Assembly (NCBI GenBank): GCA_044372915.1
Contig: JBILRA010000001.1
Span: 1-55,815 of the forward strand
Source of the DNA: Candidatus Planktophila sp.
Lineage (GTDB): Bacteria > Actinomycetota > Actinomycetes > Nanopelagicales > Nanopelagicaceae
DNA length: 55,815 nucleotides
Reading direction: 5' to 3'
The notes under the pieces are model-generated. The model had not been told where the DNA came from. It made no database searches and saw only the letters and a list, made by a program, of their open reading frames with translations. Below are positions 22,668-31,465 of this stretch, piece by piece (positions within the stretch are counted from its first letter, which is position 1; each line of letters starts with the position of its first letter). The position numbers and the translations under genes are program-made.

Positions 22668-23210
22668 TTAAGAAAGAGAATCAATTGCCGCCTCAATAAT
22701 TGGAAGCGCCTCATCCACATTCTGCAAGAATGTAGCGCCCACTTGAATCCACACGTCATTAATTAGAAGATTAATCGCCCATACATGCATCTCATCAGCA
22801 GATGTTGATCCTTCTTTGAGAATTACTGCATCAGTCTCATTAATGCCTGGTAGGTCTATCTGAACTTGGCCTTGCTCTAGCCATTGCGTCTTTTTTCTAT
22901 CCCACAAATTATCAACATTGGAAGCCCACATTACGGTTCCACCAACTTCGGCAACTTGAATTCCGTATGTACACGCAATTCCACCTGCTTCATAGATATC
23001 AAACAAGTCTGTGCCAGGAAATGGCTCCCAATCGGTTGGAACAAAACGAGAACCTTCTACCTGATCAGCAAAGGCTTGGATCACCAACTCCTTTTCGCAC
23101 GAAGTTGGGGGAGTCAGTTGCGCCATTTTTCCATCGGAGGCCTGTGGTGTAGATGAAGAACACCCTGCAAGGAGAATTAATGAAATAGCAACGATCAAAG
23201 TTTTTCTCAT
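22668..23210 (-). CDS. Hypothetical lipoprotein
   Basis: MRKTLIVAISLILLAG-C lipobox; start moved to 23210 on the basis of TACCGT-N6-ATG. Confidence 0.75.
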   Translation of the reverse strand: MRKTLIVAISLILLAGCSSSTPQASDGKMAQLTPPTSCEKELVIQAFADQVEGSRFVPTDWEPFPGTDLFDIYEAGGIACTYGIQVAEVGGTVMWASNVDNLWDRKKTQWLEQGQVQIDLPGINETDAVILKEGSTSADEMHVWAINLLINDVWIQVGATFLQNVDEALPIIEAAIDSLS

Positions 23211-23283
23211 AGGGATACGGTAGTTCAAGAAGATGAGGAATGTCTGTGAAGGCCCAGTGAGGTAGGTGCCATACGATTATTCT

Positions 23284-24645
23284 GTGGAAAAAGCCAAGCG
23301 CCTTGGACTCACTCTCGCGCTCTGCGGGACATTGCTCCACCCATCTTCACATGCAATTGCATCCGAGAAGTTCAATTGGAAACTCAAGAAAGAGGAGACA
23401 AGGCGCAGCACTGCCGGATATTCAGACTCAATGTCCTACGTCGTTGGCGCATCGATTGACTTCAAGGTTAGTTGCCCAGCAACAGATTTCTATATAGAGG
23501 CTGTCCGAGTTGGATATTACGACGGAAATCAAGGTAAGCGAATCTTCACCTCAAAGAAGACGCGCTGCCTAGATCAATCACAGCGTGACTCACAGTATTG
23601 GGAAGCCAATCTAGAGATCAACACGAGTTCATTTCCACACGGAATGTATCTTTTTGTTATCCGGGATAGTGACAAGTACTCAAGTTATATCCCAATCATT
23701 TTGAGAGAGAAAGTCGCAAAGGCTAAAGCTGTTTTTTCAGTCCCCACGATGACAATGCAGGCCTACAACAGCTGGTCAGGTGCCGATACTTATGGTGGGC
23801 AAGATGGTTTTGAATCTCGCCTGCGTGTGGTTGATTTCAGAAAACCTTTTGATGAAGGTAACGGAGCAGGCAAATATCTCCGTTATGTTCATCCTCTAAT
23901 CGTCTACATTGAAAAACTCGGACTTGATGTTAGCTATGTTGCTGATACAGATCTTCACTTTGACAAGAAATTACTGTCAAACAAGCAGGCCCTCATCAGC
24001 GCTGGCCACGACGAATACTGGACTATGCAAGAGCGTGATAATGTCATCGAAGCCCGCAAGCGTGGACTCAATACAGTCTTCTTTGGAGCAAATGCAGGGT
24101 ACTGGAATGTGCGACTAAAGAAGTCTTTAAATAGCGAACACCTTACGATGGAGATCTATAAGTCGGCAGAGGAAGATCCCAATAAAGAAAACCCCACAAT
24201 TAAATTCCGTGATCTAGGAAAACCAGAACCTGAGCTCACAGGTTTGGAATACAAATGCTTTCCAGCGCGTGGAAATTTGGAGTTAAAGGAACCGCAGTCT
24301 TTTGTCTTTCAGGGAGTTACAGACTTTGAAAATCTTAATTTAGAGGGTCTTGTTGGACCAGAAGTAGATTCCCTTATTTCAGGTTCATCGAAAATTGGAA
24401 CCGTAGTCAATTTAGCTGAAGCCAGAGTCAGATGCGGAACCAAGTGGTATGCCCCTCGTTTTGGTCAAATGAATATGATTCTTGTGACATCCAATGGAAG
24501 AGCCGGTGGAAATTTCTCAACGGGAACAATGGGATGGGTGACCAAAGGCCTGAGCGCTTCTGAGAAATCTGACATCGGAGAATTCACCCGCGTAGTGAGC
24601 AAAAACATTCTTGAGAAAGCGTTACAAGGCCCACTTCGAAAGTAG
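23284..24645 (+). CDS. Secreted N,N-dimethylformamidase beta-subunit-like protein (DUF6605-like)
   Basis: T.QAYNSW.G, VDFRKP, GHDEYWT, FFGAN.GYW; start moved to GTG 23284 (TACGAT-N6-GTG). Confidence 0.75.
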   Translation: MEKAKRLGLTLALCGTLLHPSSHAIASEKFNWKLKKEETRRSTAGYSDSMSYVVGASIDFKVSCPATDFYIEAVRVGYYDGNQGKRIFTSKKTRCLDQSQRDSQYWEANLEINTSSFPHGMYLFVIRDSDKYSSYIPIILREKVAKAKAVFSVPTMTMQAYNSWSGADTYGGQDGFESRLRVVDFRKPFDEGNGAGKYLRYVHPLIVYIEKLGLDVSYVADTDLHFDKKLLSNKQALISAGHDEYWTMQERDNVIEARKRGLNTVFFGANAGYWNVRLKKSLNSEHLTMEIYKSAEEDPNKENPTIKFRDLGKPEPELTGLEYKCFPARGNLELKEPQSFVFQGVTDFENLNLEGLVGPEVDSLISGSSKIGTVVNLAEARVRCGTKWYAPRFGQMNMILVTSNGRAGGNFSTGTMGWVTKGLSASEKSDIGEFTRVVSKNILEKALQGPLRK

Positions 24646-24649
24646 ACGA

Positions 24650-24726
24650 TGGTGGGACGGGTCGGACTTGAACCGACGACGACCGAATTATGAGTTCGGG
24701 GCTCTAACCAACTGAGCTACCGTCCC
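24650..24726 (-). tRNA. tRNA with CAT anticodon, most likely tRNA-Ile2 (lysidine), otherwise elongator Met
   Basis: GGGACGG/CCGTCCC acceptor stem, CCGAA-CTCATAA-TTCGG anticodon arm, encoded CCA. Paired G1-C72 and no three G-C anticodon pairs, so not initiator; G3-C70 is unlike Met. Confidence 0.9.
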
Positions 24727-24755
24727 GTGTGGGGCTTGCCCGAACTTTACTGCAC

Positions 24756-25106
24756 TTATTCCTTTGTAACTTTTCTCTTCGTCATTTTCTCACGCTGGAA
24801 TCCACGCCTGCCCCAGAATTCCCAGAGCCCCATAGTTGAGAGGATGAGAGCAAAACCAAAGAGCAGATCCTCAAGCGGGGCTGCGGCTATGCGGGTGCCG
24901 ATGATTGTCTCTGGGTCATACATCACTATCGCTTGGCCATCTGAGCGGTAGTGAGTCAACCACCAATTTGTCATCAATTGGAAGGGGAGAATAATTGAGT
25001 AGGAGATCCAAAAAGCTATGCGAGTGAGTAACGAATTCTTGAATACGAATAAATCAATTATCACGGCGATGAGAACTGCTGCAATTGCAAGATCGCTATA
25101 GATCAT
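24756..25106 (-). CDS. crtYd: Heterodimeric lycopene cyclase subunit (CrtYd-like)
   Basis: Small TM protein with G.RI..APLEDLLFG motif, paired with the upstream subunit. Confidence 0.8.
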   Translation of the reverse strand: MIYSDLAIAAVLIAVIIDLFVFKNSLLTRIAFWISYSIILPFQLMTNWWLTHYRSDGQAIVMYDPETIIGTRIAAAPLEDLLFGFALILSTMGLWEFWGRRGFQREKMTKRKVTKE

Positions 25107-25462
25107 TTCTCATCCTTCCCGAACTCTTTTTCACGCAGATGTGGTTTGACCGTTGTTACACCCTCGATTGTTAAGATCGCAGCCATTGGCACGATTATAA
25201 AAAAGAGAAATTCTTCAAGAGGAATTCCGTATGGCCCATAGATACCGAGCATCCGTTCGCGATTAAAAAACCAATGGCCCTGAGAGATCGCATATGCATC
25301 CCACACTAGAAAAACTGCACTGACGGGGAGGATGCTGATGAGCGCTCTCTTCCAGCGGCGCAAAACACCAGTCTTTAAGACCACTTCTAGCCAGAATGAA
25401 CCACAGACAGTAAAGGCGAGCATCGCCATGTATCCAAATTTCTCCACGCCGAATCTTCTCAT
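25103..25462 (-). CDS. crtYc: Heterodimeric lycopene cyclase subunit (CrtYc-like)
   Basis: FLVWD.YAI..GHW.F and IPLEEFLFF motifs; start could be the GTG at 25447. Confidence 0.82.
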   Translation of the reverse strand: MRRFGVEKFGYMAMLAFTVCGSFWLEVVLKTGVLRRWKRALISILPVSAVFLVWDAYAISQGHWFFNRERMLGIYGPYGIPLEEFLFFIIVPMAAILTIEGVTTVKPHLREKEFGKDEK

Positions 25463-25500
25463 AAACCCCTTTGGTAGGGTTGGTTACAAGGGGGTTAGAC

Positions 25501-26448
25501 ATGAAATCTGGTGAGGTAAAACTCTTCGAAGGCATCAGAAGTTTTTCTAGTGTCGCAATTCTTGCCGGAATAATCCTTTCATTGATCTTCTCGCAAACAT
25601 TGGGAGAAAGTTCTATGCAATGGCAGGTGGCGATTGCAATTGCTGCCCTAGCTATAGGAATCCCACATGGGGCCCTCGATCACCTTGTTACCTTGCCGAA
25701 GTCACGCCCACTTGTGATGGCGGGTTTTATCGCTATCTATGTTCTCGTTGCGATCGTGGCTGTGATTGCGATTTTGAACTTCAATGTTATTGGTTTCATC
25801 TTTGTATTAGCGATGAGCGCAGTCCACTTTGGAATAGGCGATGCTGCCTTTATCAGCGAACTTGATCGTAGGCGGCCAGTCTCAGTGCGACTTCCTCGAG
25901 CAATCTATGCCATCAGCGCTGGTTCAATTCCAGTGCTCATCCCACTAGTAAATAGCGCAAGTACCGACGCGTTGGCACAGGTAAATCCCGCGCTGATTAA
26001 CTGGCACCAGGGATATAACCAGGAGATTCTTACAGCGGTCATAACTATTGCATGTGTATCAATTGCGCGGCTAATGGTGAGGAGGCGCTACCGAGAGGCC
26101 TTTGATATTGGATTACTGCTGGCTTTAGCTCTTCTTACTCCACCCCTCATCGCCTTCGCACTCTATTTTGGTTGTTGGCATGCCATGAGGCATACGGCTC
26201 GGTTAACTCTTTCACTGGAAAGTTCACAGCGTGCATTTGTAGACGGGAATACTCGATCAGCATTTATTAGGGCTGTAGTTCCAGGTATCCCAGCGTTACT
26301 AGGAACTTTTTTCATTGCTGGTGCATTAGCAATTCGCGGACAAGAATTTACTGATGATTTCTTCTGGATGGCCCTAGTAATTGTGTGGGCGCTCACTGTC
26401 CCTCATATGGCAGTTACAGCAAAACTTGATCGCAGCGCACTAACCTAA
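25501..26448 (+). CDS. blh: Brp/Blh beta-carotene 15,15'-dioxygenase (retinal synthesis)
   Basis: GIPHGALDH, SAVHFG, YFGCWHAMRH and LTVPH His motifs; ATG 25501 follows an SD-like AAGGGGG. Confidence 0.92.
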   Translation: MKSGEVKLFEGIRSFSSVAILAGIILSLIFSQTLGESSMQWQVAIAIAALAIGIPHGALDHLVTLPKSRPLVMAGFIAIYVLVAIVAVIAILNFNVIGFIFVLAMSAVHFGIGDAAFISELDRRRPVSVRLPRAIYAISAGSIPVLIPLVNSASTDALAQVNPALINWHQGYNQEILTAVITIACVSIARLMVRRRYREAFDIGLLLALALLTPPLIAFALYFGCWHAMRHTARLTLSLESSQRAFVDGNTRSAFIRAVVPGIPALLGTFFIAGALAIRGQEFTDDFFWMALVIVWALTVPHMAVTAKLDRSALT

Positions 26449-26452
26449 GGGT

Positions 26453-27046
26453 ATGAAAATACGCGTCATTGTTTCTTCCTTGCTTGTTCTTGCCTGTCTC
26501 GCTCCTGTGAGTGCACAAGCCGCACCTGTATATGTCTTTCCGGTGCGAGGCTGTGAAGTCAACTATGCCCGCGCGCATCATGATTATGCTGCAACGGATA
26601 TTCTCTCGAAGGCGGGCTGTGCATTTGTTGCACCGATTGATGGTGTGATCGATGAAGTTAGTCGCGTTGATACATGGTCTGGAAAAGTAAATGCTGGACT
26701 TACTCGTGGGGGATTATCGGTGTCATTGATTGGTGTCGATGGGGTTCGGTATTACGGATCGCATCTGCTTCGTGTAAATAAAGATATGGTGCCCGGTCTT
26801 GCCGTAAAGGCCGGACAACGACTTGGTTCAGTGGGATCTACTGGAAGCGCGCGAGGAACTGCGCCACATTTGCACTTCGGAATTTCTTGGCCAACACCAG
26901 CAGAAACATGGTGGGTTCGTCGCGGCGTTGTTCATCCGTGGAAGTATTTGGATGCTTGGAAAGCCGGCAAGGATAAATCGCCGGCAAAGGAAGTAGAAGC
27001 AGCGAAGTTGAAGATGGGCGAACTGCCGCCAGAGCCAAAAAAGTAA
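26453..27046 (+). CDS. Secreted M23 metallopeptidase
   Basis: Signal peptide, H…TD, YYGSHL and G.TG.A…PHLHF motifs. Confidence 0.88.
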   Translation: MKIRVIVSSLLVLACLAPVSAQAAPVYVFPVRGCEVNYARAHHDYAATDILSKAGCAFVAPIDGVIDEVSRVDTWSGKVNAGLTRGGLSVSLIGVDGVRYYGSHLLRVNKDMVPGLAVKAGQRLGSVGSTGSARGTAPHLHFGISWPTPAETWWVRRGVVHPWKYLDAWKAGKDKSPAKEVEAAKLKMGELPPEPKK

Positions 27047-27073
27047 TCCCTAAATAACCTAGAAGTAGAAAAG

Positions 27074-27106
27074 AAGAAAGCCCCGCTCAATGAGCGGGGC
27101 TTTCTT
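27074..27106. terminator. Bidirectional intrinsic terminator
   Basis: Perfect 16-bp inverted repeat AAGAAAGCCCCGCTCA-A-TGAGCGGGGCTTTCTT between the convergent M23 and csp genes. Confidence 0.9.
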
Positions 27107-27124
27107 GTAAAGCTAGCGGTGTGC

Positions 27125-27284
27125 TTAGTTAGCGTTCACTGCATCGGCCTGAGGACCTTTTGGACCCTGTACGACCTCGAATGAAACTGACTGACCCTCT
27201 TCAAGGCTCTTGTAACCGTTTCCTTGGATTGCTGAGTAGTGAACGAATACATCTTGTCCGCCACCATCAACTGCAATGAAACCG
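27125..27284 (-). pseudogene. cspA: Cold-shock protein gene lacking its start codon and N-terminal ~14 codons
   Basis: [20 protein letters not shown]…GPKGPQA is a well-conserved CSP core. The MxxGTVKWFNxEKG segment is absent in all frames, and SD-like GAGGA lies directly upstream. Confidence 0.8.
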
Positions 27285-27551
27285 GGTGTGTGAGAAATCC
27301 TCAAACACGGTCTTCCTCTTGCGCCAGCGATACCGAGCAATGACTACTGCCATGAAACGGGTCCTGATTAAGCGTCCGACTAGGCACAAGTCTAACCCTA
27401 TTTTTGCCTGTACCAATACCTCACCTTTACCTTTTTCCACGCTCGTGCCACCATATATCTACTAGCTCAGGTGTTGCTGCGGGGATAGGTGTTGCGGATC
27501 GGGGAAGGTCGCGCAAATCCACCCAATCGCGTGCCTTGCTAGGAGTTTGTT

Positions 27552-28067
27552 ATGGAAGCGATCGCTTCATCTCGTGGCACGTCCACATCGCATGTGACGG
27601 GTTATCTAGTCATTCATAGCGCACCTGCTGCCCTGCGCCCACATATTGAGTGGGGGCTTCAATCCATAGTGGGAAACTGGTTATCACTTGAATGGAAGAG
27701 TCAACCAAAAGCGGCTGGCACATTTCGCACCACCGTTGAATTTCGCGATCGAAAAGGCACAGCTGCAAAAATTACAACAGCACTCAAAGCGTGGCATTAC
27801 CTGCGCTTTGAAGTACGTGAAGAAGGTCCGTTGGGTGGAGAGTTCTTTAGATTCGTCCCTGAACTCGGACTACATCGCAGCAACATCGACGAGTTCGGTT
27901 CCGTTTCAATTTCCGAAGAGTTACTCATTCAAAGTTTGAAAAAAAGTTTTGATGAAGAGTCCTTGCGTGAGGGAATTGAGAGACTTCTGGGAACAGCCTG
28001 GGAGCTAGCACTCGAACCTTTCCGAGGAGTCGAGTTTGAAGAGGCAATGGCACTCAAGGCGATATAA
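27552..28067 (+). CDS. DUF3145-like actinobacterial protein
   Basis: G.L.IHSAP.ALRPHIEW, W..QP, LRFEV.E and G.AW…LEPFR; usual neighbour of fabF. Confidence 0.8.
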   Translation: MEAIASSRGTSTSHVTGYLVIHSAPAALRPHIEWGLQSIVGNWLSLEWKSQPKAAGTFRTTVEFRDRKGTAAKITTALKAWHYLRFEVREEGPLGGEFFRFVPELGLHRSNIDEFGSVSISEELLIQSLKKSFDEESLREGIERLLGTAWELALEPFRGVEFEEAMALKAI

Positions 28068-28086
28068 AAAGTATTAGAATGGGCCA

Positions 28087-28836
28087 ATGAGCACATTTAA
28101 TTCTGGTGAAAAGTCCCGTTCAATTACAGTGATTGCAGCATCGTTGATTATGGCTTTAGCAGTCGGCGGTGGACTTGTGAAAGTTGGCGCAGGGTTTGCA
28201 GCACGCACTGATAACGGAATTACTGTGACAGGTTCAGCAAAGACAACTGCAACTGCAGATAATGTGGTCTGGACACTCAACGTTGCTCTCTCTAGCCCAC
28301 TCGTGGCCGATGCTGTCAAGAAGGTTGGCTCCGATGTTGAGGCAGTTACCCAATATCTTACAAAGGGTGGCATTTCAAAAGATGCCCTAACCTTAGGCTC
28401 TGTTTCAACTTATGCGAATGAAGAGTGGCAGAACGGCAATAATACCGGTCGCATTCTTTCGTATCGCGCTTCGCGAGATATCACAGTGCGCACAAGTGAT
28501 GTTCAGCTTGTCTACACACTTTCTCAAGGAATTGGTTCGCTCTTGCAAACTGGTGTCAATGTAAATAACTATGGACCTCAGTACTACATCTCAACTCTGC
28601 CTGATCTTCGCCCACAACTTCTTGAAGAAGCGATGCTTGATGCAAAGACTCGTGCCGTTGCAATCACCAAAGCTGTCGGTGGAAGCGTTGGGGCAGTGCA
28701 GAGTGTTAAAAGTGGCGTCTTCCAGGTGACCACACCTGATTCAACGATGGTCTCTGATGGCGGCGCTTATGACACATCAACCATCGAAAAGACAGTCACA
28801 TCAACTGTTTCTGTCACATTCGCTGTCTCTAAATAG
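28087..28836 (+). CDS. SIMPL (DUF541) domain protein
   Basis: N-terminal TM, ITVTGSA…AD, A..DAK.RA..I and GVFQVT motifs. Confidence 0.82.
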   Translation: MSTFNSGEKSRSITVIAASLIMALAVGGGLVKVGAGFAARTDNGITVTGSAKTTATADNVVWTLNVALSSPLVADAVKKVGSDVEAVTQYLTKGGISKDALTLGSVSTYANEEWQNGNNTGRILSYRASRDITVRTSDVQLVYTLSQGIGSLLQTGVNVNNYGPQYYISTLPDLRPQLLEEAMLDAKTRAVAITKAVGGSVGAVQSVKSGVFQVTTPDSTMVSDGGAYDTSTIEKTVTSTVSVTFAVSK

Positions 28837-28841
28837 AGATT

Positions 28842-30074
28842 TTAAATGCTGGCAAATGCCAGCACGACGTTGTGACCACCAAATCCGAATGAGTCATTGA
28901 GCGCTGCAATTTGTCCGGCTGGCAATACGCGCGCTTTATCTTGAACTACATCAATTGTTACTGCTGGATCAAGATTTTCGATATTAATAGTTGGAGGAGC
29001 AAGTCTTTCTTGTAGTGCTTTAACAATAAAGACAGATTCAATCGCACCAGCACCTCCAAGTAAGTGGCCGGTCATAGATTTTGTTGCAGAAACTGCAACA
29101 TGGTCAGCATCAGAACCCAGAGCCAAGCGAAGAGCGTGCGCTTCTGCAACATCGCCTGCAGGAGTTGATGTCGCATGCGCATTCAAGTGCACAATGTCTT
29201 TTGTAGAAAGATTGGCATCGGCGAGAGCGAACTTGATTGCACGCTGCACCCCCAAACCTTCAGGATCAGGGGCGGCTATGTGAAAACCATCTGAACTCAA
29301 ACCCTGACCGACAAGCTCGCAGTAGATCTTTGCCCCACGTGCCTTGGCATGCTCGTACTCTTCCAAAATTAGTATTCCGCCGCCTTCGCCAAGTACAAAG
29401 CCATCACGATCACGGTCATAGGGGCGAGATGCGCGCTCAGGTGAATCATTACGAGTAGAGAGTGCTTTCATCGCCGCAAAACCAGCCATAGGTAATTGAT
29501 GGATCGCTGCTTCAACACCACCACTGACAATCACATCAGCGCGATTACTACGAATCATTTCGAGTGCGTAGCCAATTGCTTCGGCACCTGATGCACATGC
29601 ACTCACTGGTGTGTGCACACCAGCTTTCGCCTGAAGTTCTAGACCAACATTTGCAGCAGGGCCATTGGGCATCAACATAGGAACCGTGTGCGGACTTACG
29701 CCTCGCGCACCTTTCTCTTTGAGATTATCGTATTGATCTAACAAGGTAATGACTCCACCAATACCTGATGCAATCACCACACCTAAACGTTCTTTATCTA
29801 CATCAGGTGAGCCTGCATCTTTCCATGCTTCACGGGAAGCGATCAGAGCAAACTGTTCAGAGCGATCAAGCCGGCGCATCTCCACGCGCTCCATTTGATC
29901 AGCTGGTTCAGTGTGAACGCGAGCAGCAAAGTGGACTGGCAATAACTCTCGCCATTCTTCGGTGAGAAGGCGCACGCCGCTCTTGCCTGCAATCAGAGCG
30001 CTCCATGTCGAGTCAACGTCAGAGCCCAGGGGAGTTGTAACCCCGAGCCCTGTGACAACAACGCGACGCTTCAT
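28842..30074 (-). CDS. fabF: 3-oxoacyl-ACP synthase II
   Basis: SACASG, NAHATST, KSMTGHLLG and SFGFGGHN motifs. Confidence 0.96.
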   Translation of the reverse strand: MKRRVVVTGLGVTTPLGSDVDSTWSALIAGKSGVRLLTEEWRELLPVHFAARVHTEPADQMERVEMRRLDRSEQFALIASREAWKDAGSPDVDKERLGVVIASGIGGVITLLDQYDNLKEKGARGVSPHTVPMLMPNGPAANVGLELQAKAGVHTPVSACASGAEAIGYALEMIRSNRADVIVSGGVEAAIHQLPMAGFAAMKALSTRNDSPERASRPYDRDRDGFVLGEGGGILILEEYEHAKARGAKIYCELVGQGLSSDGFHIAAPDPEGLGVQRAIKFALADANLSTKDIVHLNAHATSTPAGDVAEAHALRLALGSDADHVAVSATKSMTGHLLGGAGAIESVFIVKALQERLAPPTINIENLDPAVTIDVVQDKARVLPAGQIAALNDSFGFGGHNVVLAFASI

Positions 30075-30100
30075 AGCAAAATTTTCTATTTCGCGAGTAT

Positions 30101-30349
30101 TTACTTAGCAGCGTTAACGATGAAGTTCACAGCATCGCCAACTGTTGCTAGATCTGTGACAGCATCATCAGGAATCTTCACACCAAAGCGCTCTTCTGCT
30201 GCTACGACAACCTCGACCATGCTCAGTGAGTCAACATCTAGGTCATCTGTAAAGTTCTTATCAAGTTCGATCTGTGATGCTGATACACCAGCAACCTCTT
30301 CTACGATCTCTTTAAGTCCAGCAAGTACATCAGCCGGTGATAGCGCCAT
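30101..30349 (-). CDS. acpP: Acyl carrier protein
   Basis: DLDVDSLSMVE motif. Confidence 0.96.
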   Translation of the reverse strand: MALSPADVLAGLKEIVEEVAGVSASQIELDKNFTDDLDVDSLSMVEVVVAAEERFGVKIPDDAVTDLATVGDAVNFIVNAAK

Positions 30350-30442
30350 GGTTATTTCCCTTTTCTACTCTATGTTTCAAGTGGATATTCTCTCTGATTC
30401 CCAGCCTTACTATCGAGTAATTGCGGGGTTATAGCAAAAAAT

Positions 30443-31462
30443 TTATGGTTGAGGCGGTAGTTCGACAACCTGTCCCGCATAAACCAGCCCTGCACCGTAT
30501 CCAATAATGAGAGCAGTCTTGCCATGCAACTCTGGATGGTTCGCGAGAAGAATATCCATAGCAAGCGGAATTGATGCCGCTGAAGTATTTCCATTCACGC
30601 GAATGTCATCAGCGATCACAGTCGTTGCTGGCAATTTCATCTCTTTCGCCATTGTCTCAATGATGCGCATATTTGCTTGGTGTGGAATAAATACATCAAT
30701 ATCGTTGACAGTCAGACCCGCTTTATCAATTGCTTCGAGTGCGGCTTTACTGACTGCATATACGGCCCACCTAAAAACCTTCTGTCCTTCTTGAGAAATA
30801 TTTGGCCAATCAATATCTGCCACACTCTTCTGTTCTGCATTGCGCATCAAAGTCCAAGGTGGATCCATTGTTATCGCATCACGGTTCTGTGCATCTGAGC
30901 CCCACGCTACGGGGCCGATGCCAGGAGTCTCGGATTGTCCAATCACTACAGCACCTGCACCATCGGCGAAGATAAATGCAGTGGCGCGATCGTCAGGATC
31001 AGTAAAGTCTGAGAGTTTTTCAACTCCGATGACAAGAACATTCTTTGATGTTCCGGCATAGATAAAGTCATGTGCCATAGCCACTCCGTAGCTAAAGCCC
31101 GCACAAGCCGCACTGAGATCAAAGGCAGCAGCGGTGGGATTTCCAAGGCGTTCGATAATGGCGGTAGAAGCACTCGGTGCTTGATGTGGAAAGGTGATTG
31201 TTGCGACAATCACGGTGTCGATATCTGCCACATTTATTCCAGCACGCTCAATAGCAGATTGCGCTGCCCAACAAGCCATATCAACAACTGATTCATCATC
31301 GCCAGCAAATCGTCGAGACTGTATTCCGGTGCGCTGTTGTATCCATTCATCGCTAGATTCAATGCGCTCGACAATATCTGAGTTCAACACTAGTTTTTTT
31401 GGACGGTATGAGCCGACGGACAAAATGCGCGAATGCGTGCCATTCTTTATTTTAATTGCCAT
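30443..31462 (-). CDS. fabH: 3-oxoacyl-ACP synthase III
   Basis: AACAGF, PHQAN and GNTSAAS motifs. Confidence 0.95.
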   Translation of the reverse strand: MAIKIKNGTHSRILSVGSYRPKKLVLNSDIVERIESSDEWIQQRTGIQSRRFAGDDESVVDMACWAAQSAIERAGINVADIDTVIVATITFPHQAPSASTAIIERLGNPTAAAFDLSAACAGFSYGVAMAHDFIYAGTSKNVLVIGVEKLSDFTDPDDRATAFIFADGAGAVVIGQSETPGIGPVAWGSDAQNRDAITMDPPWTLMRNAEQKSVADIDWPNISQEGQKVFRWAVYAVSKAALEAIDKAGLTVNDIDVFIPHQANMRIIETMAKEMKLPATTVIADDIRVNGNTSAASIPLAMDILLANHPELHGKTALIIGYGAGLVYAGQVVELPPQP

Positions 31463-31465
31463 CAG

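Noticed and set aside
24650-24726. Initiator tRNA-fMet
   Set aside because: The 1-72 pair is Watson-Crick and the three consecutive G-C anticodon-stem pairs are absent.
27285-27340. ORF-track N-terminus [19 protein letters not shown] as a genuine Csp extension
   Set aside because: It reads through what looks like the 5'UTR and SD, has no CSP beta1 similarity, and has a weak TTG start without RBS.
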